Part shown: positions 37,359 through 45,856 of the stretch, piece after piece
Position numbering within the stretch: position 1 is the first letter of the stretch
How the letters are laid out: the number at the start of each line of letters is the position of its first letter
Assembly: GCA_038231155.1 (NCBI GenBank)
Contig: JBBRLY010000016.1
Location: 103,864-167,863, forward strand
Length of the DNA stretch: 64,000 nucleotides
Reading direction: 5' to 3'
Source of the DNA: Candidatus Saccharimonadales bacterium
GTDB taxonomy: Bacteria; Patescibacteriota; Saccharimonadia; Saccharimonadales; JANWIN01
Made by a program: the position numbers and the translations under genes
Notes under the pieces: model-generated
Databases searched by the model: none
Told to the model about the DNA's origin: nothing
What the model saw: only the letters and a program-made list of their open reading frames with translations

Positions 37359-39895
37359 ACCTCGGAAATATAATCTGCGATCTTTTTCTCATAAACAGAA
37401 ACCAATTTTTGGCTTCCCTTTATCAGATCATTTTCAGACTCCAGCTCATCTACTATTTGATGCTGAACGTCTAAAGATGGGAGGGGTATTTCAATATTAA
37501 GCAATTTGGGTTTTGATATATTTTTCATACTTCCACTTGTTCCGTTAGAGAGATCCGAAATCATTCTCCTATATTTCGGTGAGGAAATAACATACTGTAC
37601 GTAACGCATTGAAAGATCATTACCTTTTTTATCTGCTTGCCAAAGTCTGTCGGGCAAATAAAGTTCATTGTAGTCACTGTCAATGTATACACTCGCACCA
37701 ACTAACTCAGGGGTGTTCATTCTACTTATAATAATACTGTCTGTTTTTGGATTAATCTTTGCTCTGTGAAGTTCACTGTCAAGAATTACCTTGTTTTCTC
37801 GGGGGTTGAATGCGCCATATGATACAGCGCTTGTCTTGAGAATTCCGTGTTCGCCATCGCTCATTGGCCGGTTCATAGAATTCACACTAACACCGGCCTC
37901 GAGTTTAACGAACAGTTCATTAAGTTTAACTTTCGGCCACGATGTCTCGAATCTAATTTCCGGCTGATAAGTTTTTAGTATTATTTTTCCTGAGTCAGCA
38001 ATAACTCGATAACTATCTAAGGTTGCCACAATTTCCTTCTGCATTTCTATTGTCGGTAAAGGGATTTTATTGGCAAGAAAATAATCAACTTTGAGCCTTT
38101 TTCTATTTGATGTCCCAATGCTCGAGTCTTCACACAATTGTGTAAACTCAGCAGACTGAACGATGTAATCCAGAAATTTGGGAAAGATTCTGTCCATATT
38201 CGATTCAAAGACTGGAAAATCAGAAGTAACAATTGCCCCATCTAATTCTGATGTTACGATACCAAATGCCCCGTGGCGTGCATCAATTTTGGAAATTATA
38301 AAATCCCCTGCAAATGCAATAAATTGTCTCTTTGTTTTGATATCTTGACCTCGAATTGACTGCCGCAGGATAACACCTTTGCTAAATAATTTGACAGTTA
38401 TTTGCTTGTATTCTTTGGCATCTAACACCTCAACAGTACGGATCTGCGGAATCAGAATATCCTTCAGCTCAACCATTGGCCAACTGTTGCCTCTGGTGGA
38501 TTCAATCCTACTATCACCAATTATTTTGAGTGAGTGTACAGGATCGTTGTAGAGTGTATTCCGATCGATAATTCTGGTTTCAACTGTCAACTTACTGCCC
38601 ATCGATTCGGAATTCTTAAAACATTGAATTATGTTAAGGGCATCAGGAAGATCATTCGCATCAATTGGATTACGTAGCGAGCCCAGATCATAACCATCGC
38701 TTTTTACTTTAACAAACAGCACTTGTTTCGTCTTTGGATCAATCGTTTTGTCGAAAAAGAGAATGCTTGTCTTGGCGGTCTTAGCATATGGATTGAAGAT
38801 ACCGGTTGGAAGGCTCACAACACACCAAAGTCCGGCATCTAACAAAGATTGTCGAATCTTTCCATACGCTGCCTGATCTTTGAATAAAACGCCCTCTGGA
38901 ACAATAACGCCGCATCTACCGGCGGTACTGAGGTGCTTAGTCATATAATTCAAAAAGAGTACCTCTGTGGCACCAGTCCCCATTCGTAAATCCTCTGAGA
39001 CACTAGCTTTATCGACATTTCCAGAGAACGGTGGGTTGGCTAGGATCACATCCCACTTACCTCTATCACCTGTGGTGTCGACAAGTGTATTTTGCCGTTT
39101 GATGCTAGCGTGACTAAGATTGTGTAGATAGAGGTTCATTACGCCGAACTTCACCATATCCTCGTCGCTATCAAACCCAGTAAAAGCGTGATTGAAGATG
39201 AAGTCTCGTTCTTCGCCAGACAATTCATCCATTAAGAATGTACCGTCTTTTTTGAATCGTTCAGAGGTGTACTTGGTACGAAGGTGATTCAACGCCTCAA
39301 CGAGGAATCCGCCAGTCCCACAGGCTGGGTCTAGGATCGTCTCGCCCTTTTCTGGGTCGACCACATCCACCATGAACTTGATTACGTGGCGTGGGGTTCG
39401 GAACTGGCCGTTTGTACCGGCCTGAGCCAACTTAGAAAGTAAATACTCGTACATGTCGCCGAAAATGTCTTTGGAACCGTGCCTTGCGGCGGTATCCAGT
39501 TCAGTAACTAACTTCTCGATTTCATGTACCAATACACGTAAGGTAGGCTTGTCATATATCTTGATGTGGGCGTTGCGGTAGAGCAAAGCCACAGTTTTAT
39601 CGGTAGTCAGTTCCGGCAATTTGCGATACGCTTCCTCGAGTGTGTCGAACAAGATTTCAGCGTTGAGCATCAAAAGGTTGTCCCAACTGTATTTCATCAG
39701 TTCATCTTTGAAGATTGCATCATGATCTGGATTAAGCAATTTTGCCTCTTCATCGTGCTGAGTAAGAGCACGTAGGAACATCAAGTAATTGATCTGCTCG
39801 ATGATTGTTGCATGGCTCGCCACACCAGCCCCAAATAGCCTGTCCATGAGGTTGTCGATCTTGCGATGGAGGCCGGTAGCGTGGAATGGCTGCAT
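37346..39895 (-). CDS. hsdM: type I restriction-modification methyltransferase fused to the specificity subunit (HsdM-HsdS single polypeptide)
   Basis: 849 aa. HsdM N-domain, motif I DPACGTGGF, motif IV NPPF. Two TRD-like halves follow, each ending in the S-subunit conserved helix (KIPLPTIEMQKEIVATL and IEIPLPSLDVQHQIVDEL). Confidence 0.88.
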   Translation of the reverse strand: MQPFHATGLHRKIDNLMDRLFGAGVASHATIIEQINYLMFLRALTQHDEEAKLLNPDHDAIFKDELMKYSWDNLLMLNAEILFDTLEEAYRKLPELTTDKTVALLYRNAHIKIYDKPTLRVLVHEIEKLVTELDTAARHGSKDIFGDMYEYLLSKLAQAGTNGQFRTPRHVIKFMVDVVDPEKGETILDPACGTGGFLVEALNHLRTKYTSERFKKDGTFLMDELSGEERDFIFNHAFTGFDSDEDMVKFGVMNLYLHNLSHASIKRQNTLVDTTGDRGKWDVILANPPFSGNVDKASVSEDLRMGTGATEVLFLNYMTKHLSTAGRCGVIVPEGVLFKDQAAYGKIRQSLLDAGLWCVVSLPTGIFNPYAKTAKTSILFFDKTIDPKTKQVLFVKVKSDGYDLGSLRNPIDANDLPDALNIIQCFKNSESMGSKLTVETRIIDRNTLYNDPVHSLKIIGDSRIESTRGNSWPMVELKDILIPQIRTVEVLDAKEYKQITVKLFSKGVILRQSIRGQDIKTKRQFIAFAGDFIISKIDARHGAFGIVTSELDGAIVTSDFPVFESNMDRIFPKFLDYIVQSAEFTQLCEDSSIGTSNRKRLKVDYFLANKIPLPTIEMQKEIVATLDSYRVIADSGKIILKTYQPEIRFETSWPKVKLNELFVKLEAGVSVNSMNRPMSDGEHGILKTSAVSYGAFNPRENKVILDSELHRAKINPKTDSIIISRMNTPELVGASVYIDSDYNELYLPDRLWQADKKGNDLSMRYVQYVISSPKYRRMISDLSNGTSGSMKNISKPKLLNIEIPLPSLDVQHQIVDELESENDLIKGSQKLVSVYEKKIADYISEVWNA

Positions 39896-39897
39896 AT

Positions 39898-42273
39898 TTA
39901 GACTTTCAACAGTTTATTATTGTGAACATCTGAAACAATTTCTTCGAGTTCATCTTTGCCGAATGTATCTAGCCACTCTCGTACTGAGTAACCCTGGTTG
40001 AATGGCTCACGTTGCAAGAAACTGATGTCGGATGCCTTTTGTAGCGACTTGCGTAATCTGTCGTCTTGTACAACTTCGGTAGCAATCAAATCAACCATCA
40101 ACGCTCGTCGCTGTGTTGCGCCTGGCTTCTTGCCGTATTTATAGATCATGCCTTGTTTCCATTGCTCTAATTGCTCGTCTCGCTCAGGCAAAGACTTTTT
40201 CTTGAGTGCCGACAGCAAGAAGTCTTTTACCGTCGCAATTACTCGGTATGAACTGATCAGACTCTCTTCGTTAAAATAGTGGCTCGGTCGGTTGAGCAGT
40301 TCACTGTTGATGAGTTCGATCAATTCTTCAGTCTTATCTTCATTATCGATCATCGTTGCGACTTCGGGATGGCTCGTCACAAACTGCTGGACTGCTGACG
40401 TCCACTCGTCTTTGTACATCTCACGATCAACCTTGTCGCCGTCGGGTCCAACTTCGATAAGGTTACGTGTGCCGATCATATCGGCCTGATGAGAGACGAC
40501 CGGTTCGGTCTTAACCACTTCTTCGTTATTCGATTCGGAAGTCTGCTCAGACGATTGTATCGAGTGAGCGGCCTCTTTGTCAGCCTTGTTTCGGTCAATT
40601 GGCTTCTTGAGCGGTGCTTCCCAATCGTAATTTTCCTCAAAGTATTCACATACGCCGCAAAAATCGAACATCACGAACTGCTTCTTGTCGATTTCCTTGC
40701 ACAGGCGAGTCCCACGGCCTTTAATCTGTTGGTACAGAGTTGGCTCGAATACTGGACGAGCAAGCACAATGTTCTGCACTTCGGGAGCGTCAAAGCCGGT
40801 TGTGAGCATATCGACCGAGACGGCAATACGAGGCAGTTGGTTATCGGGGTTCTTGAAGTCTCGAGCAATCTCACTCGCACCCTGTACGCTACTGGTGATC
40901 GTTCTGGCAAATCGCCCATTATATTCGGGGTGCATTGCGTTTAGCACTTTTTCAAGCTCAAGAGCATGTCGCTGTGACACGGCAAAGACTATGGTCTTAC
41001 CAATCTCACCTCTGTTATTTCGCTCAGCGTACTCTAGGAACTCGGCCATCATCGCCTTATTACGCTCAGGCAAATAAACTTTCTTTTCAAGGTCACGAAT
41101 TTTGTAATTCTCACCCTCGACATCCTCTTCGGTCAGCACCAGGCCATCTTCGCTCAAAGCGGCTTGCGTGAGTATAGTATTCATTTTGTGAAGTTTGGGC
41201 GGAATGAGGAATTCATCTTTAACACCGTCCTGAATGGTATAGCGGAATGTGGCATTGCCGTCCTCACAACCAAAGTAACGATAGGTATCTCGCTGGATAC
41301 GGGCTTCAACAGCACGAGGATCGTTGATTTCCAACTTCTCTAAATCAAGATTCTTGAGGAAATCACGAGGTGTGGCGGTTAAACCGATCTTGGTTGCACC
41401 GACAAAGTAATCCATTGCCGCTCTCGCTTGCGGACTGTAAATACTGCGATGTGCCTCGTCATGGATAATCAGGTCGAAATAACCCGACGAAAAGATGTCT
41501 TTACCATGTAGAGCAAGCGATTGAATCGTCGCAATCACGACATTTGCCCCTGTTAAGTTCTTTCGAGACGACCCCCAATACGTGGCAACGCTTGAGAGGC
41601 CACCCAGGAGACGTTCAAACGATCCTTTAGTCTGTGATGCTAGCTCCACTCGATCCACAACAAATAGCACCGTCTGGGCTTGATGGGTACGCAGAAACTT
41701 ACTGATAATCAGGCCCGCTAGAACGGTCTTGCCTGTACCGGTTGCCATTTCGAGCAAGAAACTACGTTTGCCCTCGTCATAACGCTTTGCAATGCTCTGA
41801 TATGCCGCTATCTGGTATGGCCGAAGTTCGAGTGAGTTATCAATGTCTTTGAAGTAATCTTTTTCGACCGATTTCGTCGATAGAAGTTCGACCACTCCAA
41901 CACGTCCAACATTTCGCCTGCGCTCCAAATCTTCACGAGAGAAGAATGCCGGCACGGAAATAGCATCACCTGAAGCAATATCCCAAAAATAAACCACATG
42001 ATCGTTGGCGAGGTAGATATATTCGATCTGACCCTTGTATTGAGTCTCGGCGTAGTTCAATGCCTGTTGCTTGGCGGTATAGGGATCAATCTCAGGGGCT
42101 TTGGCTTCAATGAGTGCGATTGCTTTGCCTGAACGATCTTTGAGCACATAGTCTGCTCGACCGACGCTCCCGTGATCTTCAAACACGACTTGGCTTTGAT
42201 CTTCAATATCCCAACCAGCCTCACGTAATTTGCGATCGATGATGACTCTTGAATATGCTTCTTTTTGATTCAC
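39898..42273 (-). CDS. hsdR: type I restriction enzyme R subunit (EcoEI/type IB-like architecture)
   Basis: 791 aa. N-terminal PD-(D/E)xK (GRADYVLKD...IALIEAKAP), SF2 helicase motifs MATGTGKT, DEAH, TATP, QQIKGRGTR, acidic linker, C-terminal helical domain. GTG start. Confidence 0.9.
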   Translation of the reverse strand: MNQKEAYSRVIIDRKLREAGWDIEDQSQVVFEDHGSVGRADYVLKDRSGKAIALIEAKAPEIDPYTAKQQALNYAETQYKGQIEYIYLANDHVVYFWDIASGDAISVPAFFSREDLERRRNVGRVGVVELLSTKSVEKDYFKDIDNSLELRPYQIAAYQSIAKRYDEGKRSFLLEMATGTGKTVLAGLIISKFLRTHQAQTVLFVVDRVELASQTKGSFERLLGGLSSVATYWGSSRKNLTGANVVIATIQSLALHGKDIFSSGYFDLIIHDEAHRSIYSPQARAAMDYFVGATKIGLTATPRDFLKNLDLEKLEINDPRAVEARIQRDTYRYFGCEDGNATFRYTIQDGVKDEFLIPPKLHKMNTILTQAALSEDGLVLTEEDVEGENYKIRDLEKKVYLPERNKAMMAEFLEYAERNNRGEIGKTIVFAVSQRHALELEKVLNAMHPEYNGRFARTITSSVQGASEIARDFKNPDNQLPRIAVSVDMLTTGFDAPEVQNIVLARPVFEPTLYQQIKGRGTRLCKEIDKKQFVMFDFCGVCEYFEENYDWEAPLKKPIDRNKADKEAAHSIQSSEQTSESNNEEVVKTEPVVSHQADMIGTRNLIEVGPDGDKVDREMYKDEWTSAVQQFVTSHPEVATMIDNEDKTEELIELINSELLNRPSHYFNEESLISSYRVIATVKDFLLSALKKKSLPERDEQLEQWKQGMIYKYGKKPGATQRRALMVDLIATEVVQDDRLRKSLQKASDISFLQREPFNQGYSVREWLDTFGKDELEEIVSDVHNNKLLKV

Positions 42274-42382
42274 GTTTTATCCATGTCTAAATATAAAATT
42301 TGCTACCTCAAATCAGGTAGCCCACCCCCAGATTTTACCACGGGAAAGCACTTTGAAGTAGGAGGTTGTACAATAGAGTCAT

Positions 42383-42817
42383 ATGATAGGTCAAGCAATA
42401 ATCAATTCGCATACGTTGGATACCGCTAAAAACGGTAACGCTGTTGGCCGTCCCAAGGCGATAACCTCCGAAGTCGTCCATCAATTAATAGACTCACTTC
42501 GGCTGGGTTCTGACGTTACGGCTGCCTGTATTCTATCTGGTATCAGCACCTCGACTTATTACAACGAACTTGCGAGGAACAAGCGATTTATGGACAAAAT
42601 GACCATTGCTCAGCAAGAAACATCGCTTTATGCCAATACGCTTATTGCAAAAGCTATTAGACAAGGAGATATGAAGACGGTCAGATGGTATCTTGATCGC
42701 CAAGATCGACTTGCATACCACGCACAGCAATCGGCCAAAAATCGAAATACGAAAAAGATCATCATTACTGAGACTCATCAAAACACCCATTCTGTCAGTA
42801 TGGAAGTTGATCAGTAA
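42383..42817 (+). CDS. HTH DNA-binding protein (phage terminase-small-subunit/resolvase-HTH-like)
   Basis: 144 aa. Contains GRPKAITSEVVHQLIDSLRLGSDVTAACILSGISTSTYYN. Confidence 0.45.
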   Translation: MIGQAIINSHTLDTAKNGNAVGRPKAITSEVVHQLIDSLRLGSDVTAACILSGISTSTYYNELARNKRFMDKMTIAQQETSLYANTLIAKAIRQGDMKTVRWYLDRQDRLAYHAQQSAKNRNTKKIIITETHQNTHSVSMEVDQ

Positions 42818-42860
42818 GCACCCATTTCTCTTACGCAGTAAACGCTTTACTCAAGCCATT

Positions 42861-42890
42861 TTGAGATAGCCCACCAGAGAGTGTTATAAT
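42861..42890 (+). promoter_or_regulatory. strong sigma70-type promoter with extended -10 (TTGAGA-18 nt-TGtTATAAT)
   Basis: -35 TTGAGA at 42861-42866. TG at 42882-42883 followed by TATAAT at 42885-42890. Confidence 0.55.
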
Positions 42891-42896
42891 TTCGAT

Positions 42897-43113
42897 AACG
42901 CCATTCTTGGCGTTGGAACAATTTAGCAATGACCTAAACTCACCTCGGTGAGCATGGTTATAAATCCAGAAAAGCGTACTAAGCTCGTCGTTTAGGCATC
43001 TTTTCTGGTTGCACATCGAATGGTGTGCAGGGGTCGCAAGATCCCGCTTAGCGGCGAGCTTCGTGTGTCTCGCCGCCAGCATCAATTAGATGCCGAGTTA
43101 GGAGGCGGCGATC
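42897..43113 (+). ncRNA. candidate structured leader or ncRNA (seven consecutive hairpins) upstream of the SHOCT-domain gene
   Basis: Stems read directly from sequence: 42897-42914, 42939-42952, 42966-43008 (9 bp), 43010-43029, 43030-43045 (GCAA loop), 43051-43076 (8 bp GC-rich), 43079-43093. There is also alternative pairing with the SD-start region. Confidence 0.4.
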
Positions 43114-43686
43114 ATGGGATTACTCGACAGTATTAAAGATGGATATACCAAGAATCGGGAAGTGGCCGCTGAACGCAAAGATGTGAGGGGTGAGAAACTC
43201 GCACATGCACAATGCATTTATTTGGGTGGATATGAGGTTAAGCATAAAGCCGGTGGTAGCGTTACGTTTTTCGAGAATCAAATTGAGTTTAGTACCCTTG
43301 GTAAAGCCAAGTTTACGCTAACCAAGACGTTAGTGCGTGAAGTGGCCGTTGAGGGCAAGGACGAAGTTCATAGTCGTGTCACCGTCACACGCTTGCTCGT
43401 TCTCGGCATATTTGCTTTCGGGGCAAGGAAAAAGAACGAGGTCAAAGAATCTTATATCACGATAGTCTTGAATGATGGTCGAGAGGTTGTTTTACAGGTC
43501 AATAACATCGCCCCCGTGCAACTCAAGGCCAAATTTTCAAAGGTGTACGCTGCATACAACCAAAGCAAGCCACTGCAGCAAGGTTCAGCCACAGACGAAC
43601 TTGAGCGGCTGGCAGCACTCAAATCCAAGGGCGTAATAACCCAAGCCGAGTTTGATGCAAAGAAACGTCAACTACTGGGCTTATAG
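43114..43686 (+). CDS. protein with C-terminal SHOCT domain
   Basis: 190 aa. The C-terminus ELERLAALKSKGVITQAEFDAKKRQLLGL matches the SHOCT pattern. Good RBS AGGAGG 8 nt upstream. Confidence 0.6.
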   Translation: MGLLDSIKDGYTKNREVAAERKDVRGEKLAHAQCIYLGGYEVKHKAGGSVTFFENQIEFSTLGKAKFTLTKTLVREVAVEGKDEVHSRVTVTRLLVLGIFAFGARKKNEVKESYITIVLNDGREVVLQVNNIAPVQLKAKFSKVYAAYNQSKPLQQGSATDELERLAALKSKGVITQAEFDAKKRQLLGL

Positions 43687-43792
43687 CAATAGTTACAGCT
43701 ACAGCTTGATTCTCTGCAAATTGTTGGCCGTAGCCGTTAAACGGTAAACTGTATTTAGTACAAGTTCCTAGTTAACAGAATGAAGATGCAAA

Positions 43793-44413
43793 ATGAATAT
43801 CCGAGAATACACAGCACAAGCGGCAAAAGCACTATTAGCCAATCCTGAGTTTCAATCTGCTGTGGCTCAGACTAGAAACAACAACCACATAGCAGATTCT
43901 GCGCTTGCTGACGATGCCGCAATCGAGACTTGGTATAAGGATCGAGTTTACGGCAAGACGAATGCCGAGACGCCTCTGGATGATGCTGTGGCTGACATCA
44001 TCTTTCAATTCCAATTAAGTCCCGACTGGCGGCATAGCATCAAGCGTTACATACTGCTTAATAATCCCATGGATATGCAACTGCCGATGCACATTGAGGT
44101 AGGCGTAATAGAAGATGAACAAACCCGCCAATGGCGTGTTGTTGCCTACATACCCGAATACGCTTCCCAGCGAGATATTAAGGCGGCGTTGCCAGAAATA
44201 ACCAAGTGGCAAGAGAAAATACGAGCCAAGTCACTCAAGCGGCAGCCGGTATTTACCAATGAACTTGCCAAAGAAGCCTACGCTATATATCAGCGTGTAA
44301 GGAGTTATCAGAAAACGGCCACTGAACTCGGCGAAAAGTCACAGAGGAAGATTAGCCAAGAACAAGCCAGAGATTTAATCCGCAACTACAAAAAGCGGGT
44401 TGGTATCAATTGA
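43793..44413 (+). CDS. hypothetical island protein
   Basis: Track ORF of 206 aa. No motif recognised. Confidence 0.5.
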   Translation: MNIREYTAQAAKALLANPEFQSAVAQTRNNNHIADSALADDAAIETWYKDRVYGKTNAETPLDDAVADIIFQFQLSPDWRHSIKRYILLNNPMDMQLPMHIEVGVIEDEQTRQWRVVAYIPEYASQRDIKAALPEITKWQEKIRAKSLKRQPVFTNELAKEAYAIYQRVRSYQKTATELGEKSQRKISQEQARDLIRNYKKRVGIN

Positions 44414-44465
44414 ACCCCAAATAGTACCAATTATTCCTAAACGTTTATTTTGAGATTGTGTAGTC

Positions 44466-44729
44466 ATGATGATGACTGCATTAGATGAAGATGAGGCAAA
44501 GAAGCCATACACGACCAGCGATTTAGGTTGTATTACGGCTTTGGTATCCTCCGGTCTTCACATTCAGTCGTTAGATAAATCCAACCCCAGGCGGGTTGTT
44601 TTTGTTTTTGATCAGTCGGCGGCACTTTTGAAACTGGTCGATTCATATTGGAATGGGTCGCTTAATGTGGATGCTAAAACCTACTTTGAAACTCAAAAAT
44701 GGTTGAAATCCAGAATATACAACGGCTAA
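44466..44729 (+). CDS. hypothetical small island protein
   Basis: Track ORF of 87 aa. Confidence 0.45.
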   Translation: MMMTALDEDEAKKPYTTSDLGCITALVSSGLHIQSLDKSNPRRVVFVFDQSAALLKLVDSYWNGSLNVDAKTYFETQKWLKSRIYNG

Positions 44730-44731
44730 TT

Positions 44732-44950
44732 ATGGAATTTACTACCGCCGACATTAAACAGTTTCAGGGGCTTTACGTTAAGTATTTCAATATCAAGCTC
44801 ACCGATAGTATGGCTCGTGTGAAGTTGATGATGCTGGTTAGGCAAATGGAAATAGCATACCAGCCGATAACCCAAGAGCAGTTTGACAGGCTCAACAATG
44901 AAGATGGAAATGCACAAAATGAGCAGAGCAGATCAACAATCAATCGCTAA
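44732..44950 (+). CDS. hypothetical small island protein
   Basis: Track ORF 44699-44950 trimmed to the ATG at 44732, 2 nt after the preceding TAA. Confidence 0.4.
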   Translation: MEFTTADIKQFQGLYVKYFNIKLTDSMARVKLMMLVRQMEIAYQPITQEQFDRLNNEDGNAQNEQSRSTINR

Positions 44951-45425
44951 ATACTTCAAAAAGAAGCCCGTCCTTTATATTGGTGGTCTGGGGCAGGTAT
45001 TCTCGATGCCAGCCGGTATACTGCTAAGCCAACTGCTCTATTGGCATGGTCAGGGCGGGCGTAAAGACGGCTACATCTATAAGACTGCTGATGAGATTCG
45101 ATCTGAACTTGGCATGAGCCGCACAAGCCAAGAGACTGCGATCAAGCAATTAAGAGAGTGCGGCGTTATTGATTACAAGTTGGCTCAAGTTCCCGCCCGA
45201 CGGCATTTTAGAGTCAACCTTCAACGGTTACACGAATTGCTTCCCAGTTTGAAGGAAACCAGCAAACTGATTTATCCAAATCCGGCAAACTACTATGTTA
45301 CAAACAGCCAATCTATTACAAAGATTACCAGAGAGAATACATTAAAGAATACACCAATTGGGGATAAAAAGTCTTTCTTTGAAGCAAGAGCTGCCTTAAC
45401 GAGAAAGATGGGTAAGCCTCCTTGA
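44883..45425 (+). CDS. hypothetical winged-helix protein (replication-organiser-like); real start probably near 44910-44919
   Basis: 180 aa. TADEIRSELGMSRTSQETAIKQLRECGVIDYK resembles a wHTH. Confidence 0.45.
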   Translation: MTGSTMKMEMHKMSRADQQSIAKYFKKKPVLYIGGLGQVFSMPAGILLSQLLYWHGQGGRKDGYIYKTADEIRSELGMSRTSQETAIKQLRECGVIDYKLAQVPARRHFRVNLQRLHELLPSLKETSKLIYPNPANYYVTNSQSITKITRENTLKNTPIGDKKSFFEARAALTRKMGKPP

Positions 45426-45471
45426 TATTGCCATTAACGCTATATGGATATTTAAGAATAAGGAGAACAAT

Positions 45472-45852
45472 ATGGATGTGAGAAATTCTGATGCGGTTAA
45501 TGATTTGTTATATGAAGGGTTGGGGAAACTGTCAGGCGGGTGGAAGTATCAAATGGAGTCCCAACAACCCAAGCACTGCTCGTGGGTAACCTTGGATGCA
45601 GAGTTACAAAATTGTTGCGTGGATGCCGGGTCCTTTATCGGATATAAAGATGTGGGAGAAATGAAGTCTAAGGTCGTTGAACTTGTACAGGTAGCGATGA
45701 GCGAGGAGTTACTTGAAATGGTAAGAACAGGCGAAATTCTGCATTTGAGTTTCCGTATAGGCCCTAGTGCCATATCTGGATATAACTACAACGAAGAACA
45801 TGGCATCGAAGAGTTTGAGTATTCAGATAAAAATGAAAAGGCTGTACAATAA
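45472..45852 (+). CDS. hypothetical island protein
   Basis: Track ORF of 126 aa with RBS AAGGAGAA upstream. Confidence 0.5.
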   Translation: MDVRNSDAVNDLLYEGLGKLSGGWKYQMESQQPKHCSWVTLDAELQNCCVDAGSFIGYKDVGEMKSKVVELVQVAMSEELLEMVRTGEILHLSFRIGPSAISGYNYNEEHGIEEFEYSDKNEKAVQ

Positions 45853-45856
45853 CAAC

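Noticed and set aside
40292-41171. Cluster of plus- and minus-strand secondary ORFs inside hsdR (65-151 aa).
   Set aside because: All overlap the 791-aa HsdR frame, which carries complete helicase motifs. The higher GC of the island inflates the length of random ORFs.
42831-43085. 84-aa minus-strand ORF in the 296-nt gap of the island.
   Set aside because: It has a TTG/ATG start with no Shine-Dalgarno, runs opposite to all neighbouring genes, and coincides with the hairpin series and a strong plus-strand promoter. It is kept only as an alternative explanation in the finding.
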